Below are positions 1 to 8,666 of a DNA stretch of 64,000 nucleotides, piece after piece; position 1 is the stretch's first letter, and each line of letters opens with the position of its first letter. Position numbers and translations under genes: made by a program. Source of the DNA: Saprospiraceae bacterium. Its GTDB lineage: Bacteria; Bacteroidota; Bacteroidia; Chitinophagales; Saprospiraceae. Below the pieces are notes generated by a model. It was not told the origin of the DNA, ran no database searches, and worked only from the letters and a program-made list of their open reading frames with translations. The stretch is taken from contig JAWKLX010000015.1 of assembly GCA_041392505.1 (NCBI GenBank), positions 101,222 through 165,221 on the forward strand, in the 5' to 3' direction.

Positions 1-18
1 TAATTAAAATGTCCGGTG

Positions 19-293
19 GGGATTAATGGGAGGGAAAAATCGGCAGAGCCGATTTTTCCCTCCCATTAATCCTCTTTGGCCCGTTCGGATTGGCCAATAG
101 TGCCGCAAATTGAAAATTAATATTTCTTGTAAATAAGCCGTAGGTTGCAAAACCTCCTCTACTTTCGTTTCATGGCTGCATCCCAACGATAGTAAAGGGC
201 CTAAGTAGAGGAGGTTTTGGAACCTACGGCCTCCCAGCGAAAACGAATTATTAAAAACTTATTTTCGGCAGTATCGGCCAATCCGAACGGACC
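19..293. repeat. nested palindromic intergenic element with three hairpins (H1 19-72; outer IR 78-105/266-293; inner IR 138-163/204-229)
   Basis: Perfect 24-nt arms around GGCAGAGCC at 19-72. Outer arms ggcccgttcggattggccaatagtgccg / cggcagtatcggccaatccgaacggacc and inner arms ccgtaggttgcaaaacctcctctact / agtagaggaggttttggaacctacgg read directly from the sequence. May be truncated by the window start. Confidence 0.6.
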
Positions 294-380
294 AAAAACC
301 AGCTATTTCATTTTTATGAGAAAACCCTGGAAAGGCAAACATGAACTGTAGGGTCCATCAAATTATTACTATTTTGCCGT

Positions 381-1442
381 GTGAAATTTACATGCTGTAA
401 AACAGGTACAGAAAAAAAATTAGATATGATCAACGAACACCATTATGTCCATTTTAGAAATAATTATGCACACCTCAAATCAGTGTCCGGCCAGGAAATA
501 AGGGGCGAAGATGGCATCCGCTACCGCTATGAAATCCTGAGTCCTGATTTGCGGCCAGGTAACGGACCGCAGCTATTTCATCATGGCAAAAAAACCGACC
601 ACGTCATTGTCTTAACCCACGGACTTTCCGATTCTCCGCGGTACATGGCGGATGTAGGCAAATGCTTTTACGAGGTCGGCCTGAACGTGATTTTAACTTT
701 GCTACCTGGCCACGGCTTGAAGGACCCCGATGCCGCATTTGAAGACAAGAATCTGGATTCTTATTGGCGGCATACCATCGACCAGGCGGTAACCTTGGCG
801 GCTTCCATGGGAGAGGTTATATCCTTAGGTGGTTTCTCCACGGGGGGCGCACTGAGTTACAACCGGGTTCTCCGGGATTTGAACAAAGGGGAAAAGAGCA
901 TACAGGGTGGGCTTTTCTTATTTTCCGGAGCCATTGCATTGGTGCCATTAGGGAAATTCGTCGTGAATATTGTGCCCAGTATAATACTCAAAAGAATGGA
1001 TGGCGAGCTGAAGAGTAAGGGCCCCAATCCTTACAAGTACCCAGTGCTGCCTAAATTTGGGGCGAAAGAACTCGACGACATCATTGATGAGAACAATGAA
1101 CTGTCGAAAAGTAAAAAACTGGATCAGCCTGTCTTCGCAGCCCATAACCTGACAGACGATACTGCCGATGTGCATGGCGTATTGCATTTACTGAGAAACC
1201 ATGCTGTCATCAGTAGTGCGTTCATCATTGGTGAAGAAGTGAAACAAAAAAAAATAAAAGACCCTTCAGCTAAAGAGGAGGCCATCGAATGGGTCAATGT
1301 TGCTCATTCTACCCTGCCTGTCAAGGTGCCAATCGAATTAGATGGAGGCTTAGGTGAAGTAGGGCCGAACCCTCAATTCGATCTGATGATGCGGGCAGCC
1401 CTTGATTTTTTTGATAAATGTGTACGGAGAACTATCGTTTGA
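381..1442 (+). CDS. alpha/beta hydrolase fold protein
   Basis: 353-aa ORF with the nucleophile-elbow style motif VLTHGLSDSP and a later GGFSTGG. Start could be the internal Met (MINEHH...). Confidence 0.55.
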   Translation: MKFTCCKTGTEKKLDMINEHHYVHFRNNYAHLKSVSGQEIRGEDGIRYRYEILSPDLRPGNGPQLFHHGKKTDHVIVLTHGLSDSPRYMADVGKCFYEVGLNVILTLLPGHGLKDPDAAFEDKNLDSYWRHTIDQAVTLAASMGEVISLGGFSTGGALSYNRVLRDLNKGEKSIQGGLFLFSGAIALVPLGKFVVNIVPSIILKRMDGELKSKGPNPYKYPVLPKFGAKELDDIIDENNELSKSKKLDQPVFAAHNLTDDTADVHGVLHLLRNHAVISSAFIIGEEVKQKKIKDPSAKEEAIEWVNVAHSTLPVKVPIELDGGLGEVGPNPQFDLMMRAALDFFDKCVRRTIV

Positions 1443-1740
1443 TTCCCCCTTTCGGTGCTGCAACCTCCTTCAACGTATCATTCAAAATGGCCCACATCAC
1501 AGCGGTCACATGTTTACAGATCGGCCCGTGGTCATACGGGCAGTCGCAGGCCCACTGGGTTACATTACCCTTTTCGACCTCTATTTTTACAGAATATGGT
1601 TGTGTGCCGTTCACTGCTGCTGACCAGGAATTACCATTTAGGACAAGGCTGGACACCTGCCCAAGGACGAAATAGTTGAGCCCTTTTTGGGTAATGTCGG
1701 ATGGGATGTGAACTTCAAAAGTAGAGATTGGGAAAGTCAT
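1432..1740 (-). CDS. SWIM zinc-finger domain protein
   Basis: CxC...CxH signature WACDCPYDHGPICKHVTAV in a 102-aa ORF. Convergent with the hydrolase. Confidence 0.4.
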   Translation of the reverse strand: MTFPISTFEVHIPSDITQKGLNYFVLGQVSSLVLNGNSWSAAVNGTQPYSVKIEVEKGNVTQWACDCPYDHGPICKHVTAVMWAILNDTLKEVAAPKGGIKR

Positions 1741-1767
1741 GATTTAGAGTAAAGATAAAATAGGTTC

Positions 1768-1946
1768 AAAAATGCGGGGCAGCAAATGTAATTTTCATTG
1801 GAACTGCCCAAGTGCCCCTCCAGGGATTTTAAGGGGGAACGGGCGCAGAGCGCCCGTTCCCCCTTAAAATCCCACCGGGCCGAGCAGAGTGTTGCGAAAT
1901 GATCTGAACAACGTTCGGCCCGGAATTTAAGGAGCTTGATTCATCC
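1768..1946. repeat. structured intergenic repeat, copy A (homologous to 32618-32797)
   Basis: About 80% identity with copy B. Central perfect palindrome gggattttaagggggaacgggcgc-aga-gcgcccgttcccccttaaaatccc. Both copies end ...gattcatcc. Confidence 0.65.
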
Positions 1947-1959
1947 TATCAAAAGTTAA

Positions 1960-2301
1960 TTAGTTACTGTTCACCGCCCACCAAATCAAACCCGCCACTG
2001 GCGCCCAGTACACCACAAACATGAAATTCAAAATGAGCCAGGCCAGTGGCAAAACGGGAAAGGTCATAAACCACTCTGACCGACCCGATCCCGTTCTGAA
2101 AGGGCTGTGGAACGTTTGGAAAAAACCATGCAGCGATTTTTCCAAACCATCTGCAAAAGGCACAAATACCACCCAGATCGGCAACACCCAACCGGGTGTA
2201 CTCTCACTGACCGATCTCCTCCTGCGGCGCACATTCCGGGAGATGCCGATTTTGCATTTCCAAATAAAAGGGATGTTGATGAAGAGGTAAATAAATTTCA
2301 T
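1960..2301 (-). CDS. hypothetical small membrane protein
   Basis: 113-aa ORF with two long hydrophobic stretches and no recognisable domain. Confidence 0.25.
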   Translation of the reverse strand: MKFIYLFINIPFIWKCKIGISRNVRRRRRSVSESTPGWVLPIWVVFVPFADGLEKSLHGFFQTFHSPFRTGSGRSEWFMTFPVLPLAWLILNFMFVVYWAPVAGLIWWAVNSN

Positions 2302-2488
2302 CTAAAAACAATTTATTGCAAATGTACAACAAATAGTTGTGCCGAAAGGCGCAAAATGTGATTCGTACTTTTTGAATTAAGGGGGTGGGATGAAGGCAAT
2401 TATACCCGTTAATAATTGGCAAATGCAGGACAGCTATGGTTAAGTTTGCCGTTGGTTCAAAATCAACCGCCAACAGCTAACCACAGAA

Positions 2489-4798
2489 ATGAGTTTTATC
2501 CGCATAGTCTTCGTTTTTTTCTTTTTGGGGAATGCCCTGTCCGCCTTTTGTCAAGGGCTGCCGGGTGGTGGCGGCTTTGGGAGTTTTGGAAATGGAGGCC
2601 GGAGTGGAGGTAGCAGTTCGGTGGGAGAAGTGACCCGTGACACTTCCGACATTTTCTATTTTTTTGCTGACAACCCCAATGAAATTTTCCCTTTCGAGGA
2701 CAGTCTACTTTCCAATTTTCAGCAGTACGACCCTTCTCGACAGCAACCTTATGACCACGCCCATTTGGGGAATTTAGGCTCGGCGCAGCGGCCGCTTTTT
2801 TACCAATCATCCTTCCGTCAGGGTTTTGATCTCGGGCTGCACCAGTTTGATATTTACCAGATGAAAACCTCCGATGTCCGGTTTTACAAGATCGAACAGG
2901 CATACACGCAGGCGGGGCATTCACAAGGGCAGACCCAGTCTGATGCTTATACGAACCTCCGCTTCAGCCGCAATTTCGCCAACGGCGTCAACCTATCTCT
3001 CGAATACCGAAAAATTGATAATGCTGGCGCTTACGACAACCAAAAAGCGGAAAATACAGACGTCGCTTTCGGGCTGTGGTTTCACAATAAATACGACACT
3101 TACGATGGTTTTTTTACCCTGGTGACCAATTCGGTCGAACAGCAGGACAATGGCGGCATCACTGCCGGAGCCGATACCGTTTTGCGGGATGCTTTCAGGT
3201 TGGACGTCAACCTGCTCAACTCCAATACCCGTTATGCCAATCGGGAATATGCCTACACCCAATATTTTTATATCAACAAAATACTTAGTGAGGAGAGTAT
3301 AAAACGGCGGACCCAGCGCCGAACAGATAAAAGGGAGGCCAAAGAAAAAAAGAAGGAAGAACGCAGGCTCGCCAAGCTGATGGCCAAAGATTCAACCCTG
3401 CGGGACTCCATATTGCAGGATTCTACCTTGTCCCTTCCAGATTCACTGGGTACGGCCGATTCTTTAAAAGTCTTTACACCAAAAGATTCGCTTTCGCAAA
3501 AACCAAATGCTCCGTCTAAAACCCGAGGCAAACCCGCAGGGCCGTCTGGCGGGAAAGGCCCGGTTCCGCCCAATGGTAAAACCCCAACGGGCCCTCCAAG
3601 TGCAAGGCCACCTGGCATTCCCCCCGCGCTATCCGGTTCGCAGTCGGGGACATTAAAAGTGCCGGAAGGGCGGGTGTTTACTTTGTACCATCAAATTGCT
3701 TGGCGGAAGGATGGGTACAAATTTGCGGCACTGCCAGCCGATTCTACCTACTTCGATAACTTTTGGGTAGATGACCGGGGGCTGCGCCACTTTGTGGAAA
3801 CGAGAAAGCTGCAAAACACCTTCAAGCTGCAAACCTTCAAATTGAGGCAATCGCAGCCTGATTTAACGGGCAGGTCGCTGCCAGCTGAATCGGACCTGCT
3901 CGAAGTGGGGCTTGTTCACGCCTACCACATCATCGACCAAGAGCCACTGGCCCGGAACACCCGTAACAACCTTTTCCTCACGGGCGGGCTCAATTTTTCG
4001 CCCAACGAATACATCCGCATCCGAACGTATGCCCACCTCGGATTGGCTGCTAATGCGGGCGATTTCCGCCTGAGCGGCGATTTGTTTTTAAATTTTAAAA
4101 AAATCGGAAACCTGCGTTTAGAAGCCATCAACCAACTGTCGACGCCATCGCTGTTGGCGCAGCAGTTCTACGTTTCGGAGCAAGAAATTTGGAACAACAA
4201 TTTTGGTAAAACACTGGAAACCAACCTGAAAGGTACCTATTCATTACCTGCATTCTATTTCGCCGTCAAGGGAGAATACCACCTCATCAACAACCTTGTT
4301 TATTTCGATACGGCTGGCTTGGCCCAGCAAAACGGTTCGGCGCTGAGCGTGCTGCAATTGTCTTTGAAGAAAGATTTCCACTTTAGGATTTTCCACTCGG
4401 AAAATTGGCTGGGCGTTCAGGAAAGCACTTCCAACACCCTCCGCCTGCCCAATTTTTATTCCAAGCACAGCCTCTATCTGGAAGGCAAGATTTTCAAAAA
4501 AGCCATGCTCACCCGGTTCGGTTTTGATGCCCGCCTCACTACGGGTTACTCGCCTTATAACTACCACCCGCTCATCGGCCAGTTCTTTTTGCAAAACGAG
4601 CAGACGCTCTCGTTCACGCCGCTGATAGATGTTTTCCTCAATTTTAAAGTAAAAACCTTCCGCTTCTTTTTCAAAGTGGAAAACCTGATGCCGTATGTGA
4701 CGGAACGGTACTATTTCCAAACTGCCAGTTACCCGCTGCCTTATGGCTGGGGAAATGGCGGAGTGCGGTTTGGTGTGAATTGGCGGTTGGTGGATTGA
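2489..4798 (+). CDS. putative outer-membrane (porin-like) protein with internal K/E- and P/G-rich disordered linker
   Basis: N-terminal signal peptide, Gly-rich start, beta-strand-like alternating aromatic pattern in the N- and C-terminal thirds, and a central low-complexity segment of about 110 aa (KEKKKEERR...KPAGPSGGKGPVPPNGKTPTGPPSARPPGIPP). Confidence 0.45.
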   Translation: MSFIRIVFVFFFLGNALSAFCQGLPGGGGFGSFGNGGRSGGSSSVGEVTRDTSDIFYFFADNPNEIFPFEDSLLSNFQQYDPSRQQPYDHAHLGNLGSAQRPLFYQSSFRQGFDLGLHQFDIYQMKTSDVRFYKIEQAYTQAGHSQGQTQSDAYTNLRFSRNFANGVNLSLEYRKIDNAGAYDNQKAENTDVAFGLWFHNKYDTYDGFFTLVTNSVEQQDNGGITAGADTVLRDAFRLDVNLLNSNTRYANREYAYTQYFYINKILSEESIKRRTQRRTDKREAKEKKKEERRLAKLMAKDSTLRDSILQDSTLSLPDSLGTADSLKVFTPKDSLSQKPNAPSKTRGKPAGPSGGKGPVPPNGKTPTGPPSARPPGIPPALSGSQSGTLKVPEGRVFTLYHQIAWRKDGYKFAALPADSTYFDNFWVDDRGLRHFVETRKLQNTFKLQTFKLRQSQPDLTGRSLPAESDLLEVGLVHAYHIIDQEPLARNTRNNLFLTGGLNFSPNEYIRIRTYAHLGLAANAGDFRLSGDLFLNFKKIGNLRLEAINQLSTPSLLAQQFYVSEQEIWNNNFGKTLETNLKGTYSLPAFYFAVKGEYHLINNLVYFDTAGLAQQNGSALSVLQLSLKKDFHFRIFHSENWLGVQESTSNTLRLPNFYSKHSLYLEGKIFKKAMLTRFGFDARLTTGYSPYNYHPLIGQFFLQNEQTLSFTPLIDVFLNFKVKTFRFFFKVENLMPYVTERYYFQTASYPLPYGWGNGGVRFGVNWRLVD

Positions 4799-5089
4799 AA
4801 GAGTAAACTCTATTTTGAGATATGGAAATTGGGGGCAAACGATGGTGGTTTTCACCAAATAGGATAAACCGAAAAGGGGTCTTGGCCTATTGTCTGATCT
4901 CTTGATAGATACATCTCTCCTTTCATCTATCCCCAAACCACATTAATAGAAAGTTTTCAACCTTTTTTAAATTTGTCCCTACTATTGCCCCATCGTTTTA
5001 AGAATGGCTCTCGTTATCGCTTCCATTTGTATCACACCACTTATATATGTTGCCTTTCGAAATCCATTATTTCACTAAAATGATTTAGC

Positions 5090-6079
5090 ATGAAAAACCT
5101 ATCTATTTTCCTTTACGTGGTGTCTTTCCTATTTGCATCCATTTGCATTTCTGCCCAAAACGGCCTCTTGGCCGAATACTTCGACGGCACCAATTTCAAC
5201 CATAAAGTTGCCACCCGCATCGATGACAAAATCGACATGTACTGGAACAACCGCCCGCCCGTGGATGGCATTGATCCGCATGAATGCTCCATCCGTTGGA
5301 CGGGAAGGCTGCAATCGCCGAAGACGGGCACTTATACCTTTTCCGCCCGGGTGGATGATGGCATCAGGGTTTGGGTCGGTGGTGTGAAGGTGATCGATGA
5401 TTGGGGACTGAACGATGTGGGTATTTTTTCTGGCGAAGTGAAAATGGAGGCCGGGAAAATGTATGACCTAAAAGTGGAATATTTTAATGCCTTGGTAGAG
5501 GGGGAAATTACGTTGCTCTGGGAAATCCCCAAGGAGGAAGAAACGAATTGGCTCAACCGCTGGCTCAGTGACGCCCGCCCCGTGGTGATCGAGTCTGAGT
5601 ATTTTTACCAGCCGGTTATGTTGCAGCCTTTGATCAATAAAAGCAGCGAGACAGCGGAAAAGCCAAAACCCGTTGCGAACCCGAAACCAACTGTAAAACC
5701 TTCCCCTGCTCCCGAAAAGGAAGTGGCAACGGTGGAAACGATCCAAAAATACACGCCCGAAAACATCCAGTTTGAAAGGGCTAAAGCGGACATCCTGCCC
5801 GAATCTTTCCCCGATTTGGACGAACTGGCCGATTTCCTAAACCGACACACCCACCTAAAAGTGACCATCGAAGGCCATACCGATTATGTCGGTGATGCCT
5901 ATAAAAATGTCATCCTTTCACAAGACCGTGCAGATGCGGTGGCAGCCTATTTAATTGAAAAAGGGGTGGCGGAAGACCGGCTCGAAGCAAAGGGCTACGG
6001 AGGCTCCAGGCCCCTGGCCAAAAGCGATGGCCGGAAATATCATCCAGAGAACAGGCGGGTGGCGTTTATCATCAAATGA
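5090..6079 (+). CDS. PA14 domain / OmpA-family peptidoglycan-binding protein
   Basis: Signal peptide; PA14-like block (GLLAEYFDG...CSIRWTGRL...TYTFSARVDDGIRVWVGG); K/P-rich linker; C-terminal OmpA-like motif (TIEGHTDYVGD...LSQDRADAVAAYL...NRRVAFI). Confidence 0.75.
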   Translation: MKNLSIFLYVVSFLFASICISAQNGLLAEYFDGTNFNHKVATRIDDKIDMYWNNRPPVDGIDPHECSIRWTGRLQSPKTGTYTFSARVDDGIRVWVGGVKVIDDWGLNDVGIFSGEVKMEAGKMYDLKVEYFNALVEGEITLLWEIPKEEETNWLNRWLSDARPVVIESEYFYQPVMLQPLINKSSETAEKPKPVANPKPTVKPSPAPEKEVATVETIQKYTPENIQFERAKADILPESFPDLDELADFLNRHTHLKVTIEGHTDYVGDAYKNVILSQDRADAVAAYLIEKGVAEDRLEAKGYGGSRPLAKSDGRKYHPENRRVAFIIK

Positions 6080-6084
6080 GTTAT

Positions 6085-7158
6085 TTAGGCCCTGCCGTAC
6101 CGCTCCCGGTACATGCTCGGTGAAATCCCCGTGTATTTTTTAAAAACCTGCCGGAAGGTTTTGGTATCGGAATAGCCCGCTTCAATGACTACTTCCCCTA
6201 CGCTTTTTTTTGTCACTTCCAATATTCGTTTGGCCGCTTCGATCCGCACCCGCTGGATGTACTCAATGGGTGTGTTGCCAGTGGCTTCCTTGAAGCGGCG
6301 GATAAAATTGCGGTGACTGAAAGCAAAACGTTCGGCCAGGGCATGAACGGAAAGAGGGTCGGCGAAATGCTGCTCAATATATGCCTGCACCTGCCCGATA
6401 GGCTCGTCCACATGCGATTTTTGTTGGTTGAAAATAACAAACGGCTTTTGCGATTTCCGGTCAATATCGAGCTGGAAGACCTTGGCTGTCCAGACTGCCG
6501 TATCCTTGCCACAGAATTTTTCGATCAGGTAAAGGATCAGGTTGAGGGAAGAGTAGGCCCCGCCGCTGGCATAAAACCCACGGTCGTCGGTGACGATGTG
6601 TTCTGGCAGGAAATCCACCTTTGGGAAAAATTTTCGGAACGAAGCCTCAAATGCCCAGTGGGAAGTACATTTTCGGCCATCCAGCAAACCCGTGGCCGCC
6701 AAGAGAAAAGCGCCCGTACACATGCTCGCCAATTCGGTGCCGTGCTCAAGGTGCTGCTTTTTCATCCATGCTATGAGGTCGTTGTTTTGTTGGATGGGGG
6801 CTTCCATCTCGCAGGTAAAACCCGGAACGATGAGCAGGTCGAACACCTCATCCATTTTTTTGAAATGCTCAGTTCTGACCGCAAAGCTTCCATCATACAG
6901 CTGCATCTGGTTTTTATAACCAATGATCTTGATGGAAAATGGAGGTTTTTTGCCATTTTGCTGGCAAAAGAAATTAGCCTGTGTGAGCAGGAAATAAGCG
7001 CCGACAATGGCGCTTGGCATGACTTCCCCTTTGGGCACGGTGATCGCTATTTTTTTCATATTGTGCAATTTGCGGACTTCCCCTTTGTCTTCCAACATCT
7101 TTTTTAAGTGTTGGCGCATATACCCCCCAAGGTTGGCAAATCCGCACATTCTCACCAA
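6085..7158 (-). CDS. GlxA-type transcriptional regulator (DJ-1/PfpI-like domain plus AraC HTH)
   Basis: N-terminal class-I glutamine amidotransferase-like fold (LLIVPGF...CTGAFLLAATGLLDGRKCTSHW); C-terminal AraC HTH (FSHRNFIRRFKEATGNTPIEYIQRVRIEAAKRIL...GYSDTKTFRQVFKKYTG). Confidence 0.8.
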   Translation of the reverse strand: MVRMCGFANLGGYMRQHLKKMLEDKGEVRKLHNMKKIAITVPKGEVMPSAIVGAYFLLTQANFFCQQNGKKPPFSIKIIGYKNQMQLYDGSFAVRTEHFKKMDEVFDLLIVPGFTCEMEAPIQQNNDLIAWMKKQHLEHGTELASMCTGAFLLAATGLLDGRKCTSHWAFEASFRKFFPKVDFLPEHIVTDDRGFYASGGAYSSLNLILYLIEKFCGKDTAVWTAKVFQLDIDRKSQKPFVIFNQQKSHVDEPIGQVQAYIEQHFADPLSVHALAERFAFSHRNFIRRFKEATGNTPIEYIQRVRIEAAKRILEVTKKSVGEVVIEAGYSDTKTFRQVFKKYTGISPSMYRERYGRA

Positions 7159-7260
7159 TTGGTTCGACGGCTAATTTTGTCACAAGTTATTGTGTGTTTA
7201 GAATCCAGTCGATGAACTGACTTTGGCTCTAAACCAGTTTGTTTCCTGATCTCTTAAATT

Positions 7261-8515
7261 TTGAAAAACATGAAAAAATCACCCGACTTTTCGTTTCTCT
7301 TACCTTTTTTATTGGGCGCTTCCATAAGCTGGGGGCAAGCTGCTTTTTCATCAGTGGAAACCTTTCAACAAACGGAAAACCCACCCCCCGGCTTCGCCCA
7401 ACTTACATCCCATTTTCACCAATATGTAGATGAAGGAGTTTTGGCTGGCACCGTCATGCTAATTGGAAAAGGGGATTCGGTTTTGATGGATAAATACGGC
7501 ATGCAGAACATCGAAGAGGGCAAGCCCATGGCATTTAATACGATCTTCCGGCTGGCTTCCATGACCAAACCCATCACCAGTGTGGCCATCATGATGCTGG
7601 TGGAAAAAGGGAAATTGCAGCTTGACGACCCTGTGGTGAAATATGTTCCGGCTTTCAAAAAACTCCAGGTTTATCTTTCCGAAAATGAAAGGGAAGAACC
7701 CAAACGGCCCATGACAATACAGCATTTGCTATCGCATACGGGCGGTATCACGAGCGGTTTTGACCCTTCTCCAGCTGGACAGCTGTGTGAGAAAAAAATG
7801 AAAGAAAAAAAGCCCCGCACCCTGACCGAGTTGGTAAAAAATCTTGCAGAAACGCCCCTCGCATTTCACCCGGGCGAGGGCTGGGCTTACAGTTATTCGA
7901 CAGACGTTTTGGCCTACATCATTGAGCAGATATCAGGCATGCCTGTTGGCCAATTTTTTCAACAAAATATTTTGACCCACTGGGCATGCACGATACGGGT
8001 TTTCAAGTGCCTGAAGATAAAATAGACCGTTTTGCTGCGCTTTATGCTACTGGCGAAGACGGCCATTTGGTGTTGGCCGACGACCCAAGAAACAGCCCTT
8101 ATACCAACGGCACTTATTTCCCCCGGGGCAATGGCGGCCTTACCTCCACACCTACTGATTATTTCCATTTTGCCCAAATGCTGCTCAATGGTGGTGAATA
8201 CAATGGACAACGCTTGCTGCATGGAGAGACAATTGAATTGATGTCTCGCAACCTATTGCCCAAAGAACATGTCCCTATCAACGTTGGTGGAAACGAGATG
8301 CAGGGCACGGCTTTGGCCTCGGCTTCGGTGTACTGGTCGATGATCCACCTTTTGGAACGGCTGGTGACTTTTTTTGGCCGGGGGCGGTGTTCACTTATTT
8401 TTACGTTAGCCCCCAAAACGGAACGGTTGCGGTTTTTATGACGCAATTGTTCGACCTGTCAAAAATGCACCTCATTGGGGAATTTCATGGCTTGGCAGAC
8501 AACGTGTTCAAATAG
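7261..8515 (+). pseudogene. beta-lactamase-related serine hydrolase, disrupted by two -1/+1 frameshifts
   Basis: SxxK motif (ASMTKPITS) in frame 1. The sequence continues in frame 3 from about 7975 (LGMHDTGF...). The family's conserved C-terminus (HGFGLGFGVLVDDPPFG...GAVFTYFYVSPQNGTVAVFMTQ) lies in a third frame at about 8290-8515. Confidence 0.65.
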
Positions 8516-8666
8516 GTAGAATACATGATTTTCGGCTGAAAACAGGTCAATGGCAAATTTGTGCTACCTTTTGATAAAATAGTCCAGTTGTGGTTTTGGC
8601 ATTTCCTAGAGTTTTGTGATGTTCCATTTTTATCTTTCTACTGAGCATTTTAACAAGTTTATCCGA

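Noticed and set aside
4-186. 60-aa minus-strand ORF
   Set aside because: It lies within the palindromic repeat element, so it is a translation artefact.
4244-4936. 230-aa minus-strand ORF
   Set aside because: It is antisense to the C-terminal barrel-like region of 2489-4798.
6313-7107. 264-aa ORF on the plus strand
   Set aside because: It lies entirely antisense to the well-supported AraC/GlxA gene and has no motifs.
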